A stretch of 64,000 nt of DNA from Octopus bimaculoides (taxonomy: Eukaryota), in contig NC_068994.1 in NCBI RefSeq assembly GCF_001194135.2, forward strand, positions 1,582,444-1,646,443, written 5' to 3'. Under the pieces are notes generated by a model that was given only the letters and a program-made list of their open reading frames with translations, did not search any database and was not told the DNA's origin. The translations under genes were made by a program, and so were the position numbers. Shown here piece by piece: positions 1 to 13,266 of the stretch (position 1 is its first letter; the number at the start of each line of letters is the position of its first letter).

Positions 1-789
1 CCATTACTTTTACATCTACTGCTGTACATAACACTATAGTTGGAGCTGCTGCTGCTACTACTACTACCACCACCACCACAACCACAATCCCTGTTGCCAC
101 CACTACTATTACTACAATATGTTTCTCTGTGTTGAATGTTTATTGTGTGACTGTTCCACCCATGACCATCTCATCTATTCCATAATATATCCAGAAACCA
201 ATTAGAGAGTACATTCACTCATTTTTAATTAGGTAGTGTGGAACATGAAAGTAGCTTGGCTGTTATTTCTAGCAGGTCTACACAGAGAATCATTAGTCTC
301 TTGCCATGTATATTAAAACATCAAGCCCTTCCATCTATGAGGGGTCAGGAAATGTGGACTTGCATGTTCCCGCCCCATGTTCTTCACCCCAACCCTGGGC
401 CTGGAAATGTAACAAACCCACGTCTAAGACAAAAAAAGCCATCAAGGAATTCTGCTGCCAGCAATGTCTTCCAGCTTCCCTTCTCAACTTTGAACCTAGA
501 ATGGGAGCATTCCTAATGAAAACCCAATCAAACTGCATCACCCAGACCCCTAACTATCCCATGTAGACCTTGAAGCATCTGTGTAAGGTTCATCCTTGAT
601 ATAACCATCTCCCAGACATTCCTCTCTCCAACTCTGATTCCATAGAAATCACAAACATTCCACCCTCAATATGTAAAAGACCGAATGCACCAATGCCTCA
701 CCCTGATTCGTGTTGGCATCAGTAAAGTCTTCCACTTCCTTCCTTGCTACAAACACCTCCTCCTCAACAAACAACGCAAAATGCTGACC

Positions 790-915
790 TCTACCATTTT
801 GGGAGTAAAGAGTGTTTGCCAACATAACAATGGCAGTCCTGGTTTAGGATGAATGTTGCTGTAATTTAGCCCCAGGAGACATCGTCTCCAGCTGGCTATA
901 TGACACGATCTGTGG
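790..915. mobile_element. Fragment of a probable interspersed repeat (SINE/non-LTR 3' part)
   Basis: Contains GAATGTTGCTGTAATTTAGCCCCAGGAGACATCGTCTCCAGCTGGCTATATGACAC, which I recall as a recurrent octopus repeat; only one copy is visible here. Confidence 0.35.
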
Positions 916-1329
916 CAAAAATCTTTATTCCAAAGTACTGTTGCTAAATATCTGTTGTTGTGAAATTTAAAAATAGTAATTTTCTAATCTAGCATTTTTG
1001 TCCAATAAACCATAAAATATACAACAGCAATAACATCCAGTTTCCTGACTTGAACATGCCAAGGTGCCATCCTCTCACCTGCCCTTTTGAATCTATACCT
1101 ACAGGAATTTCCTGTGCCATCAGAGAACATTAGCTAGAACCACTCCTCACAGCTAAAACATCCAAGGTCTGTTCCACACCTCCACAACATGCACGACACA
1201 TACAGAAGGCAAACGATGCCTAAACATTCATAAAGTAATCACAGCTGCCACATTTGACCAACAAAAACAACAAAGAACAAGGGTAAAAGCCCACAAAATT
1301 ATTCACCAACTTTCCAATGACTTTTTTTG

Positions 1330-1740
1330 TATTCCAAGCCTATTTCCCACAACACATCCCAACAATAGACATTTCCTCATCAAGTTTACCCCAAGACAAA
1401 AAAAAAAAACACTTGCACCTCTTCCTACAACTGCACAAGCTACTAGCTCCTCCTCACAACCTTTCTGCCATAGACAACATCCCCACAACAAACGACAGCT
1501 ATAAAAATGACTCTTCCCACAACGAAGCTCCCCCACAGCAAACACCTTCCCACTACAGACAGCACCCCTACTTAACAGCCTCCCACAACAAACACCTTCC
1601 CACAGCAAACATGCTCCCACAACCAATATCTTCCCTCAACAAACACCTTCCAACAAGAAAGTATTTTCTACAACAACACTTTCTCACAACAAACAGTCCC
1701 AGTAAGACAGATTCTACCCACAATTCCCACCAATCTGCAC
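1330..1740. repeat. Degenerate C/A-rich minisatellite (core TTCCCACAACAAACACC)
   Basis: Variants of TCCCACAACAAAC / CCTTCCCACAGCAAAC recur about 10 times and explain the 237-aa low-complexity ORF at 1317-2030. Confidence 0.6.
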
Positions 1741-1803
1741 CATTTCCCCTCTCACATTACAAATATAGAAATGAGTGTAATGACAGCCAGTGTGTAAATA
1801 TAT

Positions 1804-1841
<38 letters not shown>

Positions 1842-2669
1842 TCTACACACTGTACACAGGCACACATGTTTATATATATATATGCATCCAAGCTATTGAA
1901 TCCATCCGCCTTCCCAGCTTCCATTAGCGGACATCCTGCAAATATTGCTATATCCTGGCTGGCATCTGATTTCTCTTCCAATCCGATTGTAACATCCAAC
2001 ATGTCTGTGTGTGTGTGTGTGTGTGTGTAGGTTTGTATGTCTGCCAGTGTATGTATGACTGTATGTGTGGCATTTCTGCATGTCTGTATTTGCGTGTATG
2101 TGAGTATATGTGGGTGTAAGTGTGATGTATATTTACAAGTAAGGCTGTGAATGTGTGTATTTGTCTAATTGTATGCATGCTAGAGTGGGTTTGTATATGC
2201 AGCAGTGCATGTATATATAAGTGTGTGTGTGTGTGTGCATACAAAAAGACGATGGCCGGCTTCATTCTGCAGCATCATAGTATCGAGGTGGTAGGATGAG
2301 GGGAGTTAAATGTAGCATGGACTGGTGTGTGTGTGTGTGTGTGGTAAACATGTGACGGAAGGGGGAGTGAGAGGTGAGTCAAATAGAGCAAGAGGGAAGG
2401 AGAAAGGTGGTGGTGGTGGTGAAGGTGCAATCAGTGTTTCTACAGTAGGTGTGTGTGTGTGTGTGTGTATATGTGCATCTGTGTGAGCAAGTTTAAATCA
2501 TTTACTTAATATAAATGTGTCTGTATGTATGTGTGTATGAGCATGTTTGTGTATGTATGTGAGTATATGTCTATGTGTGCTTATGCGCATGTGTGCATGA
2601 ATATGTGCAGATGTGTGTCTGTGAGTGCGTGTGTGTTGTGTGTATTTCATTGTATATCTCTATAAATCT

Positions 2670-2718
<49 letters not shown>

Positions 2719-2721
2719 TAT

Positions 2722-2809
2722 TTCCGTGCCGGTAGCACGTAAAAAGCACCAACCGATCGTGGCCATTGCCAGCCTCCTCTGGCCCCTGTGCCGGTGGCTT
2801 GTAAAAAGC
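2722..2809 (-). mobile_element. SINE family B fragment cut by an assembly gap
   Basis: GTGCCGGTAGCACGTAAAAAGCACC...GTGCCGGTGGCTTGTAAAAAGC matches the internal repeats of the 15058-15372 copy. Confidence 0.7.
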
Positions 2810-3016
2810 NNNNNNNNNNNNNNNNNNNNNNNNNNNNNNNNNNNNNNNNNNNNNNNNNNNNNNNNNNNNNNNNNNNNNNNNNNNNNNNNNNNNNNNNNNN
2901 NNNNNNNNNNNNNNNNNNNNNNNNNNNNNNNNNNNNNNNNNNNNNNNNNNNNNNNNNNNNNNNNNNNNNNNNNNNNNNNNNNNNNNNNNNNNNNNNNNNN
3001 NNNNNNNNNNNNNNNN

Positions 3017-3079
<63 letters not shown>

Positions 3080-3085
3080 TATATG

Positions 3086-3130
<45 letters not shown>

Positions 3131-5655
3131 ATATATATATGTATATAGATATATATGCATATACATATATGCATATATATCTTTATATATATATATATAT
3201 ATATAGATAGATAGATATATGTATGTATATACGTATATTCCTATACAACCAAGGCACAATGGCCCCTACCCCCATTATACATTATACATACACGAACCAA
3301 CAAAGCAGCCACTATAGGGCAGTTCAAGTTGTTAAAAATAGCAGCGAAATCTCCCTCAAATCATACTGTACAGTCTTTGAAAAATACTTAAGGGATAACA
3401 TGGTCCAAGGTGCCATAAACATAGAGAAAATGTGATGGCCACGGTTGGAAAGCCTTTACTAGATTTGTTCATTTAGGCTCACTAAAGGGAATACCACAGT
3501 ACACCCACATAAAAACACATATACATGTTTATGTGTTCTGTTGTTTTATGAGTGCATGTATGTATATCCATGCATGCAATGGTATACATATTCATACACA
3601 CACACACACACACCCCCCACACCCATATGTGCCCATTCACACAGAAATCATTGGAACGTCTTCACTTAAACGAAAAAGCTTCATTGCTTTGGTAGAGACC
3701 GGCTGGAATTGTGTGTAAAACACGCATACAATATACATACATATGCATATACACAAACATATATACAATATACATACATACACACAAACATATACAATAT
3801 ACATACATATGCATATACATGCATACATACCTACAGATAAACATGCATATATATATATGTATATATATATATATACACACACGTATGTATACACTGCTAC
3901 ACATATGTAGATAATGTGTATATACACGTTTACACATCAGCTAGAGCAGGAACAAATAAGAAAACCTCTTTGTGGAACAAATTGCTAGAAATAGAAACCA
4001 AATCACCTTCAAACTGCAACCTTACTGTCTTTCAAGAAAAGGACACATTCTGTTATATATTTCAAGGTGATGGGCATGGTTCGGATAATTCTGGCAACAG
4101 GTCTGTTGAATTGGAAATGAATTTGGGCCTAACAACAGCAACAACACAGCGTATTAGATACAGTACACACACAGGTACTATGTACAGACCATAACGTAGA
4201 TACACACACACAACATACAAATATACACTAGTTGTAAGCATACATACTATGTATATACACACATCATTTAATACAAGGATACTGCTATATCTTAATATCA
4301 TAACATATATTTTCATATATATGTGTATATACACATTCACACACTCCTATATACACCATACACACACATACATGCATTTATATACGTGTGTTCTGTTCTA
4401 TTTTAATTATTTGAAATCTGCCTCTGACGAAAGAGTTGGACTCTTCTTAACAAAGACGCAAAGCTCCATCGTTGGAATGGAGAAAACAAAACCCAAGTCA
4501 CATTCTGAACTTGACAAAACTCTTGCATATCACATGTATATATGTCTGTGTGTATGTGAGTGTGTATATACAACTTTATAATAATTATTATGTATAAAGT
4601 TTGCACACAATATAACGAGAATGTATATAATATGTATGTAGAGTAGTGTATTGATTGTATTTTGCATACAGTGTGTAACGGATACAGTGGGTATAAATTG
4701 GGTGTTATGTGTATATATATATGGAATGTATAATAGGCATAATGAGTGTAGTGTGTGTATGTATTTATGTATGTATGTATGTGTGTATGTATTTATGTAT
4801 GTAGGTATGTGTGTATGTATATATGTGTGTACATATCTATGTGTGTGTATATATGTATGTGTAGATAGATAGATAGGTAGACAGATAGACAGATAGATAG
4901 ATTTATAAATAAATAGCGGGATAAATAGAGAGATAGGTAGACAGATAAATTCAAAGGCAGATAGAGAGATAGACCACTAGCTACCTAGATAGATGAATAG
5001 ATAGATGTAGAGAGAAGGAGAAAAAGAGAGGAAGATATATATAGGGAAAGTGAAAGTAGAACTGAAGGGAGATAATTTAACAAAAGAAATGTCTTCTATG
5101 GTGTGTTTGTGTGTGTATGTAAGTATCATGTATATAGCCTGTGTTTTGTACTGTTTATAACTATTGTCTGTGAGTGTTCTTAGTGTGTGTGTGTGTATGT
5201 GTGTAATGTTTATGGGTGAGAAAGTGTGTATGCGTGTGTGTTTGATAGAAAGGGCAGATTAGGAGAAGCAGGAAATGAGGGGATGTCACCTGCACATGAT
5301 CTGCTGCTGATCATGTGACTGCACGCCATTCAACAGGATCGAACACACAAACACACACACACAGCAACTGACTAAGATCTTAATGGAAGCTGCATTGTGA
5401 TTACATACAAATATATACACACCACTATATTGATCAATGCATGTGTGTATATATATATATATGTGTGATTGTGTGTATGTATCTATTTATGCATGTTTGC
5501 ATGTATGTATGTATGAATGTATTCCTGTGTATGTATGTGCATATCGATCAGTGTATAGTCTCTCCCTACCAATCTATGTGTGTGTGCACTTATACACACA
5601 CAAACACATTTGTGCACATATATCAATGTATATGTATATATATACACACACAAAC

Positions 5656-5691
<36 letters not shown>

Positions 5692-6778
5692 GTATGTATA
5701 CTTACACATGTGTGTGTGTATCTCTTTCTTTCTTACTATGTATGGATATATATATATATGCATATTTATTTGTGTATGTGTTCATATATATATGTATATA
5801 TACATACAATCACGCATAGAAAGAGAGAGAAAGAAAGAGAAGCGCAGACAGTGTAGTAGTAGGATTACTACATGCATACATACATTCATGAACATACTCA
5901 CAGACATACACACACACACATACATACAATACCATATCGGTAGCACTATCATACAAATGCCGTCAAAATGTAGTGGCAGTAACTGACACACACACACACA
6001 CTTACACATATGTATAGGCATATGTATGTATATACACACATGCATATATGCATATATATATACATATATACAGAGAATTACAGACTTGTTCCTTCTAAGG
6101 TATTTGAGGATGATTTGCCTGTTGATTCTAGCAGTTCGAGGGGGAACTAAAGAGAGAGAGAGAGAAAAACAGAGACAGAGCAGCCGACAACTCCAGTATG
6201 ACCACCACCACAGATGGACAGCAATCAACATGTCCACAACAGGCACACTGGAACAATAAACTAGTGAATATCAGTGTAGTGGTGGCAGTGGTTGCGATGT
6301 TGGTGGTGTTATAGGCAGTTGTATTACACACACACACACACATACATAAATGTGTAGTGGCAGCAGTATTCACACACACACACACAGAAACACATAGTCT
6401 AACACACATATATTGTATTAGCAGTGCTACACACTAACATCAAGTGTGATGGTAGCAGTACTACACTTGCTGACACACTCATATGAACATACTCACACAC
6501 ACACTGCATGAATGCAATATAACGGTGGCAGGGTTGTGCACACACACACACACACACACACACGCTTATTTGGCATACTGGATCTGTTGATGTCATTTAT
6601 TCAGAGTAGAGCCAACACCTCATCACCACCCAGACTGTCACAGTACATAGCCAGGATACCCAGGGTACTTAGGCTGGTCTGTCATTAGACAGAGATATGA
6701 GATAGACAAATAGACGGACAATTGTATCCCACTCAGCCACCCCTACCACATTCAGAATGGTCCGATGGATCAGAGAAG

Positions 6779-6824
<46 letters not shown>

Positions 6825-7769
6825 ACACTGGCACACAATAACAACAACCACATTCTTTATTTTTCACTCATTCATTCACACACACACTCTCCTTCTCTCT
6901 CTCATCCTTTCAATCTTAGCACCTCGCCATCTTTCCCTCCCTTCCCCCTCCTATCTAATACCACTCCCCTTTAACTCTCTCTCGTCTACCCTCCCCCTCC
7001 CTACCATCAGCTATTTATTGATTTCCTTCGTTTTCTCAGATTCTTTTCTTCTGTCACTCATTCCTTTCACACACACATTCATTCCTTCCCCCTCTCTCTC
7101 TCTCCTTCTCTTTCTATACTCATCCTTCTACTCACACTGCACCCTCTAACTATCCCTACATATCCTTTCTTTTATATCTACAACTCTTCTCCCTCCCCTC
7201 AATTTTCCCCTGCACTCTTCTCTCCACTTTTTCCCTCTTCTCTCACACTCAACCTCCCTCTATGTCATTTAGAGACCTCACTCCAGTGTCTCACTCACTT
7301 AGTGAGGCTCTATTATTACATATGATCTTCTTCTTCTCGCCACTCACCATCAGCTACACACACACCAAACTGACTTAGCTTCACCTGCACACACACACAT
7401 TCATATGTGTGCGTGTGTGTGTATGCATATATATGTACTTCTGCATATATATATATATATATTTGTATATTTGTAATATAGATAAATGTGTGTGTGCCTG
7501 TCAGTCTGTGTATGTGTGTATGTGATTGTATGAATGCTTTTAGCTTGGTGGTATGTTGTGTTTGTGTGTATATATGTATGTGAATATTGTGTTTATATAT
7601 GTTTCTTTGTGTGTGCATGCTTCAATTTGCATGGCATTAGTCTCAGGAGAATAAGATCCCTTTTGAAGGGCTCTGACACTCTGAAATGAAAGGTCAGTGC
7701 TCACATGACCTTTCAAGATCCTATTAAGTGTCGGTCTTTGGATACACCTGAATCATGTTCTTGGCAATA

Positions 7770-7853
<84 letters not shown>

Positions 7854-7879
7854 CTAGCATATTCAAAGAGTTTACATTA

Positions 7880-8830
7880 CAATAAAAACAAAAGAAAAGA
7901 ACCTGAAAACCAAGCAAAGAATCATTATGCATTAATAAGGATTCTAACCACCCTCCCACGATTAGATATTTCACCATCGGTAATATTAGGACTCCAATTC
8001 CAAAATTCTCATCAAATATGTAAACACTCAATAAAACCATCTCTGTGTATCATATCCTTATATAGAGTACATTTATTTATCAAACGCAGTATATTGGACA
8101 AACTATACAAAAAACACAGTATGCAGAGAAACAAGGAGATAATCTGATATTACCTGTCATGTTGCAGAATATTGCTTATAAATATAGCAACAAATTTTGT
8201 TATTTGTTTGCATCACTTTCTGATTTCACATTAGTATCATAAGATATTTAAGAAGGCATGTGTAAATTTCAGCTTTAGGTGTTTTGATAAAATAAATCTC
8301 CAAATTTGTCACTATTACCAAAACCTCAGAAACACCCTACAACCACAATAATCTGAAGGCAACTGAAAAAAAAACCCTACATTGTCCTCTCAATAGAAAA
8401 TACCTATTAAAGGCATTGCTGTACAGATCTAATATATAAAAAAAAGAAACGCGTGTTACTGGAATGTACATATAGAGGATTGACATAAAACACTTTCAAA
8501 ACTTGACATATGTAACATATCCATTCATTTAGATCCAGAAATTAGTTCAACTTGACATCACTCTTTCATTATAAATAGAAACTAAACGATACAAGAACCA
8601 ATGCGATTACTATATAAGGGAGATTTTTCGAACTAGCCCTGGCATACAATAGCAAGAACAATAGATAGAATTTATGGGTGGGAGAGTAATAAATAAACAG
8701 TCTTATCAGCTAACATCTCAAAACGAAAAGAAAAGACATTTTCCACATATCTATATAAGGAAAATTCAGACACACTCCTCAGTCAGATTCATTAGAAATA
8801 TAAACAGGATGATTTTTCCTCCTAAATAAA
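7880..8830 (+). mobile_element. Highly decayed Penelope-like element (RT C-terminus, possibly GIY-YIG remnant)
   Basis: 7907-7963 translates KPSKESLCINKDSNHPPTI, matching the PLE RT C-terminal motif YRKP...LYINxxSNHPPxI. Further 3', frameshifted CDYYIREIFRT (~8610) weakly resembles the GIY-YIG C..YIGET motif. Many stops; the 3' extent is uncertain. Confidence 0.55.
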
Positions 8831-9253
8831 CAATTACAATATGAAACGAGGTAAAAATTAACATCTATGAAATATGTATTTAGAATAGTCTCCCTGAAAA
8901 ATCAAGAAATCATGCCATATGTAAATTAGGAGTTATCTCCCTTAGTGAGCCATTAATATCACATGACCTGAGATGATGAATAAAATTCAAATATCCAGTA
9001 TTTGACAACACCGTGGTATTTTATAAAACTATTTTACCTGAATGAACTCTGAGAAGCAATGGGGCAAGGCACCAGCTATATATAAATAAATATTGATACT
9101 CTGCAATATGTGTTCAATATTTATATATATTCATAGATAAGAACAATCATATAGTAATATGTAATGTATATTACATAATTACTTGCACAGTTATTTAATC
9201 AAAACCAAATGAACAAATATAACACAGAAATACAAAATGGCTATATAAAGATC

Positions 9254-9287
<34 letters not shown>

Positions 9288-9362
9288 AGATAACTTAGAT
9301 TGGTTTCAGCCATTATCGTCCCAGGCAATCACTAACTCAATAGCACCACCTGGAAAAGTCTT

Positions 9363-9700
9363 TTAGTTAATTATTTCAGGATACCATGGATCACTCAAGC
9401 AGAGAATTGTTGTTGGTGAGGTGTATCCAGGTGTATGTGGTTTATCCGGTATTTCCTGGAGGAATTTGTCCAGGTGCTGTTTGAAAGTTGTGAGGTCCTT
9501 TTCTACTTTAATTTCTTTCGTGACAACATTGAAAAGTTCAGGACCATTTGCATTGAAGAAATTGTGTCGCAATGTTCTTATGTGATGTGATCTTGACCTT
9601 TGTAGGGGGTGCATTGCATGGGGGCCTGGCCTTGGCTGAATTGTAAACATAATACCATGTATATGCATGTGCATGTAGGGTGTGTATGTATAACAGGAAT
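9363..9700 (-). mobile_element. CR1-clade LINE, RT C-terminus / 3' end fragment
   Basis: ORF 9363-9674(-) reads TLRHNFFNANGPELFNVVTKEIK...FKQHLDKFLQEIPDKPHTPGY, the typical GPxLFNxLP...FKxxLDKFLxxIPDxP..PGY ending of CR1/L2-group LINEs. Confidence 0.8.
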
Positions 9701-10419
9701 GCCGTGATACTGATTATGGATATCCACAATATGAGAATAAAGTAGTAATGTGAAGTCATGGTGGGTTGTTTTTGCTGTCATTGTGAATATTTACAAAAAA
9801 TAAAATTTGGAGACTACGACATCTCATATATAAGTCTTGAAATCACTGTTGGGAAGCAATATGAGAGATTTTGAATCAATGATGCAAGTCAGTCCAGCTG
9901 CTAGAAATAATAGCAATATCCCCTTCCTCAAATCACACATTAACATTTAAAAAAACAGAAATTCAAATTTTACAAGCGGGGGGGGAAGGAGAGGAAGAGA
10001 AGAGAGAGAAAGTAAAAGAGAGGGAGTAGGAGTAAGAGAAAGACAAGCTTCCTCCTCCAAGACTGGTGAGTGGAGTGGTGGTGGTCGTGGTGGGAGGAAT
10101 CTGCTTTAGACACTTGCAAAGGAACAGACTCTACTAAAGGTCCATATGGGGGTATAAATAGTCTCTGTGACGACTGGGTCAAGCTGAAATGATTATATGA
10201 GGGGTACCACAAAATGGGATTGAACCCAGAACCATGTCATCGGGAAGTGAACTTTTGAAGCACACTTTTTAACCATGTCTGCATCCCTTAAATAAGGAAG
10301 GCCATATGAAACAATGTAATCCCAAGCATACAAAATATCATGGAGGGCATGGCTGGAACGGTTTCAGTCATCAGGTCTGGTTAATTAGAACTGAGCTGGG
10401 ACTAAACAACAATGCTTTC

Positions 10420-10605
10420 AAATTAGGGGAGAAGGGGGTATGTTAATCCCATCATCCCCAGAGCTCAACTGGTCCTTATTTAATCAACTCTGAAAGGATG
10501 AAAGGCAAAGTCAACCTCGGTGGAATTTGAACTCAGAACCTAAAGACAGACGAAAGACCACAATGTATTTTGTCTGACATGCTACCAAGTCTACCTTAGC
10601 ATCAA
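10420..10605 (-). mobile_element. SINE family C (tRNA-like head, GCCTTTCATCCTTTC central domain)
   Basis: GAAAGGATGAAAGGCAAAGTCAACCTCGGTGGAATTTGAACTCAGAACC; reverse-complement of the B-box-like GAGTTCAAATTCC; shared with copies at 31-32 kb, 58.5 kb and 60.9 kb. Confidence 0.8.
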
Positions 10606-12199
10606 CAAACTCATATTACTAATGGAAAAAGATTTGTTGAGAAAGTTGATCTCCGATAATAAAGAAGGAGCCAAGGGAAATAACTCAAATCAGGTCGATG
10701 ATGATGTACTGAATGATGTCTTCATTAAATTTTCATTAATTTACCTCTTTGTTGGAGAAAGAAATCAAAAACCTAGTGGTGCCTGTGAGTGAATCTCAAA
10801 TACAAGGGGAGCTAATTTCAAGCAATTTAGAACTTAGTTTAGAGAACGCTCAATGTTGTGGTTATTGTTGCATAACCCTCCACCACTGGAGCCAGCAAAT
10901 CCATGGTATGTAGTTAAGCAGTAAGTAAAAGGTAAATGAACTTAACTGCCCAACAACATTTTACCACCAATCCAACCATAACCACCCTGCTCTGTTGGTG
11001 TGTAAGAAACAATATATTCAAGCTAAAAATCGGATTTGTTGTTGTTGTTGTTACTCGTCACTATTGTTGTTTTTCATAACGAGTCACCTCTAATTGAGTA
11101 GGAGCTTCCCAGGAGGCTAACATATAGAATATAGACAATCGCAGAAAAATTTTATTCAATTAAAATTATACCTGTAATTAATATAAAACTCATTAGCACT
11201 AATCATATTTGTTGTCCAGAAAGGCAAGGAGACAACTCCAAGACCCGAAATGACAAAAGTTTGATTGAAATATGTATTGTGGAGTGTATAAGATCATTAG
11301 TAAATACTGTGGACATGTTTCTGCCTTATTAGTTTTTCTCAGTGATATATAATTTTACCATCCCTGATGATAAGTAAAAAAACAAAAAAAACATTTACAA
11401 ATTAAGGGTTTTAGAGAGTTCACAACATTAACTATGACAGCTGCCAATTAACTGTATATTCTTCCTGCAAAAGACATCCCTGGGAAATTTTTCCTGTGAC
11501 ATTATTTTGAATTGTGAAAATTACAAAGGATCTATCATCCTTTGCAGTGATTTGAACTCAAAACATAGAGGGATGTAACTAAATACCAAAAATTGCATGT
11601 TGTTAGCTACAAGGAGATATATTGGGGAGGTGAGGCTGGTAGAGGCTGTTAAATCGATTATATCAATTAACAATAATCAATAATTGATATTTTAAACACT
11701 GGGATCATAGTTATTGATTTGTTTGAAAATATATTGATAACTTTAAAGCCTGAGGCATTTTCTCACTTCCTCCTCCTCCTCCCTCTCTCCTTCTGTATTT
11801 CTCTTTCTCCCCTATCTCCCTCCCTCACTCAATCCCCTTCTNNNNNNNNNNCTGTATTTCTCTTTCTCCCCTATCTCCCTCCCTCACTCAATCCCCTTCT
11901 CCCTCTCTCCTTCCTTCTCTCCCTGTTTCTCCTCTCTTACTCTCCTCCCATTGCTATGTCAGTACCACCCTGGGCCCTTTAAGAGTTTTTGAAATGATTC
12001 AAGTCTGTCCGTGTATCTGTATGTGGGGGAGAGAGAGAAAAAGAGATGGAATGTGTGATGACGAAATAACCACAGACTAAGATGGTGGTAGGTGGGTGTG
12101 GTGGTGGCGGTGGGCTGGTTGCTGAACATTAAGTGGGACACATTAATCAGAGCCAGGATAATGAGAGTGATGAGTTTAATATGTTGAAGTAAAAAGACA

Positions 12200-12700
12200 G
12201 GGTGGTCATGATTGGAATGTTTGACAACCTGACGCTAAACAAGATGGGACACTTTATACAATGTAGTCCTAGATAGACGATGTCTGAATGAATGAGTGAC
12301 TTGTTAGTCAACTGGAATGTCTGTGATCATCAGTCTGCTGGATCAAGACTAATGAGCTTGGTGGGGGGGGGGGGGTACTAAACAACAGCAACAAGGTCTA
12401 ATTAGGGTAACGAGCTTCTACATGTTCACCGAGCTTGCTAGAAATAGAAGCTAAATCCCCTTAAATCACATATTGTCAAAAAAAGGAAAGAACAGATTAG
12501 ATAATGTAGTCCTAGATACACTATGTCTGTAAAATATGATGGCGGGAGAATAGTTAGAATGTCTTGATCATAGGTTTGCGAGATCAGGAATGACCTAGGG
12601 TTAAACAGCAACAACAGCAAAGCAACATAATCAGAGCAAAAAAGGGCCTTCATGTGGACACTCGGGCTGGTAGAAATAGCAGCCAAAACTCATTTAAATT
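12200..12700 (-). mobile_element. Two to three adjacent decayed copies of SINE family D (TTGTTGTTTAGCCCCAGG...TTGGCTGCTATTTCTAGC)
   Basis: Repeated GCTAGAAATAG(A/C)AGC and (GGG)TTAAACAGCAACAACA termini at ~12370, ~12437, ~12600 and ~12670. The same motif occurs at ~254, 3980-4150, 15780-15950, 23810-23990, 39270-39450, 51070-51290, 54900-55100 and 63640. Confidence 0.65.
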
Positions 12701-13193
12701 ACATTCTGCTAACTTATGAAAGAAAGGATATAGTGGATAATCTCAATGTCTGAAAACTATGTGGGACAGTCATGGCTGGATTTGATGTGATCGCTGACCT
12801 TGGGTTAAATAACAACATGGACAACAAAGTGTTAGCAGGAGAGAAACCATCACTATATTCTCATGTGGGAAATGGGAAGTGTGATAAGTGGGATTGTGTG
12901 GCATTCATGCCTTTCTCAGTAACATTATTAGCAAAATTATAGTGAAGGTAGTCGAATGTGAAGTGGAAGGAAGTCGGATGTTTGGCTTCGATTCCATGAA
13001 TTATTGAAATATAGTTTCAATAAATAATGGAAGGTAGATGGAAATACAGATTAAATAAAGTACTATCACTTTATTGAAGACTGGGTCTTAGGATTCTCTT
13101 GTGGCCTACAAACACACACATATAGCATACTGCAGTTGTTTTGTTGCCTTCAGGTTAGATAGTCACTAAAATCTCTCTTAATATATAATTTAC

Positions 13194-13266
13194 CTCTGGT
13201 CCCCAGTGACGATGTCGGGTTTATTAATGTCGACATTGGAGTGATTGAGAGATTTCAGAGGAATGT
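13194..13266 (-). CDS. Candidate internal exon (73 nt, phase 1 to 2), unvalidated
   Basis: Minus strand: tttgtaag|ACATTCC...GACCAGAG|gtaaat. Only one frame is open: xIPLKSLNHSNVDINKPDIVTGDQ. No homology recognised. Confidence 0.3.

Noticed and set aside
300-760. Possible LINE endonuclease remnant
   Set aside because: Only vague spacing similarity; the catalytic GDFN and SDH motifs are not recognisable.
10745-10782. 38-nt minus-strand AG/GT-bounded segment (TTRFLISFSNKE)
   Set aside because: Its only open frame is phase-incompatible with the 13194-13266 candidate, and it has no recognisable homology.
11210-11330. Plus-strand ICIVECIRSLVNT resembling a formin GBD helix
   Set aside because: Too short, ends in a stop without a donor; similarity is not significant.
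11793-11900. Direct repeat of ~48 bp on both sides of a 10-N gap
   Set aside because: Typical contig-overlap artefact at a placeholder gap.
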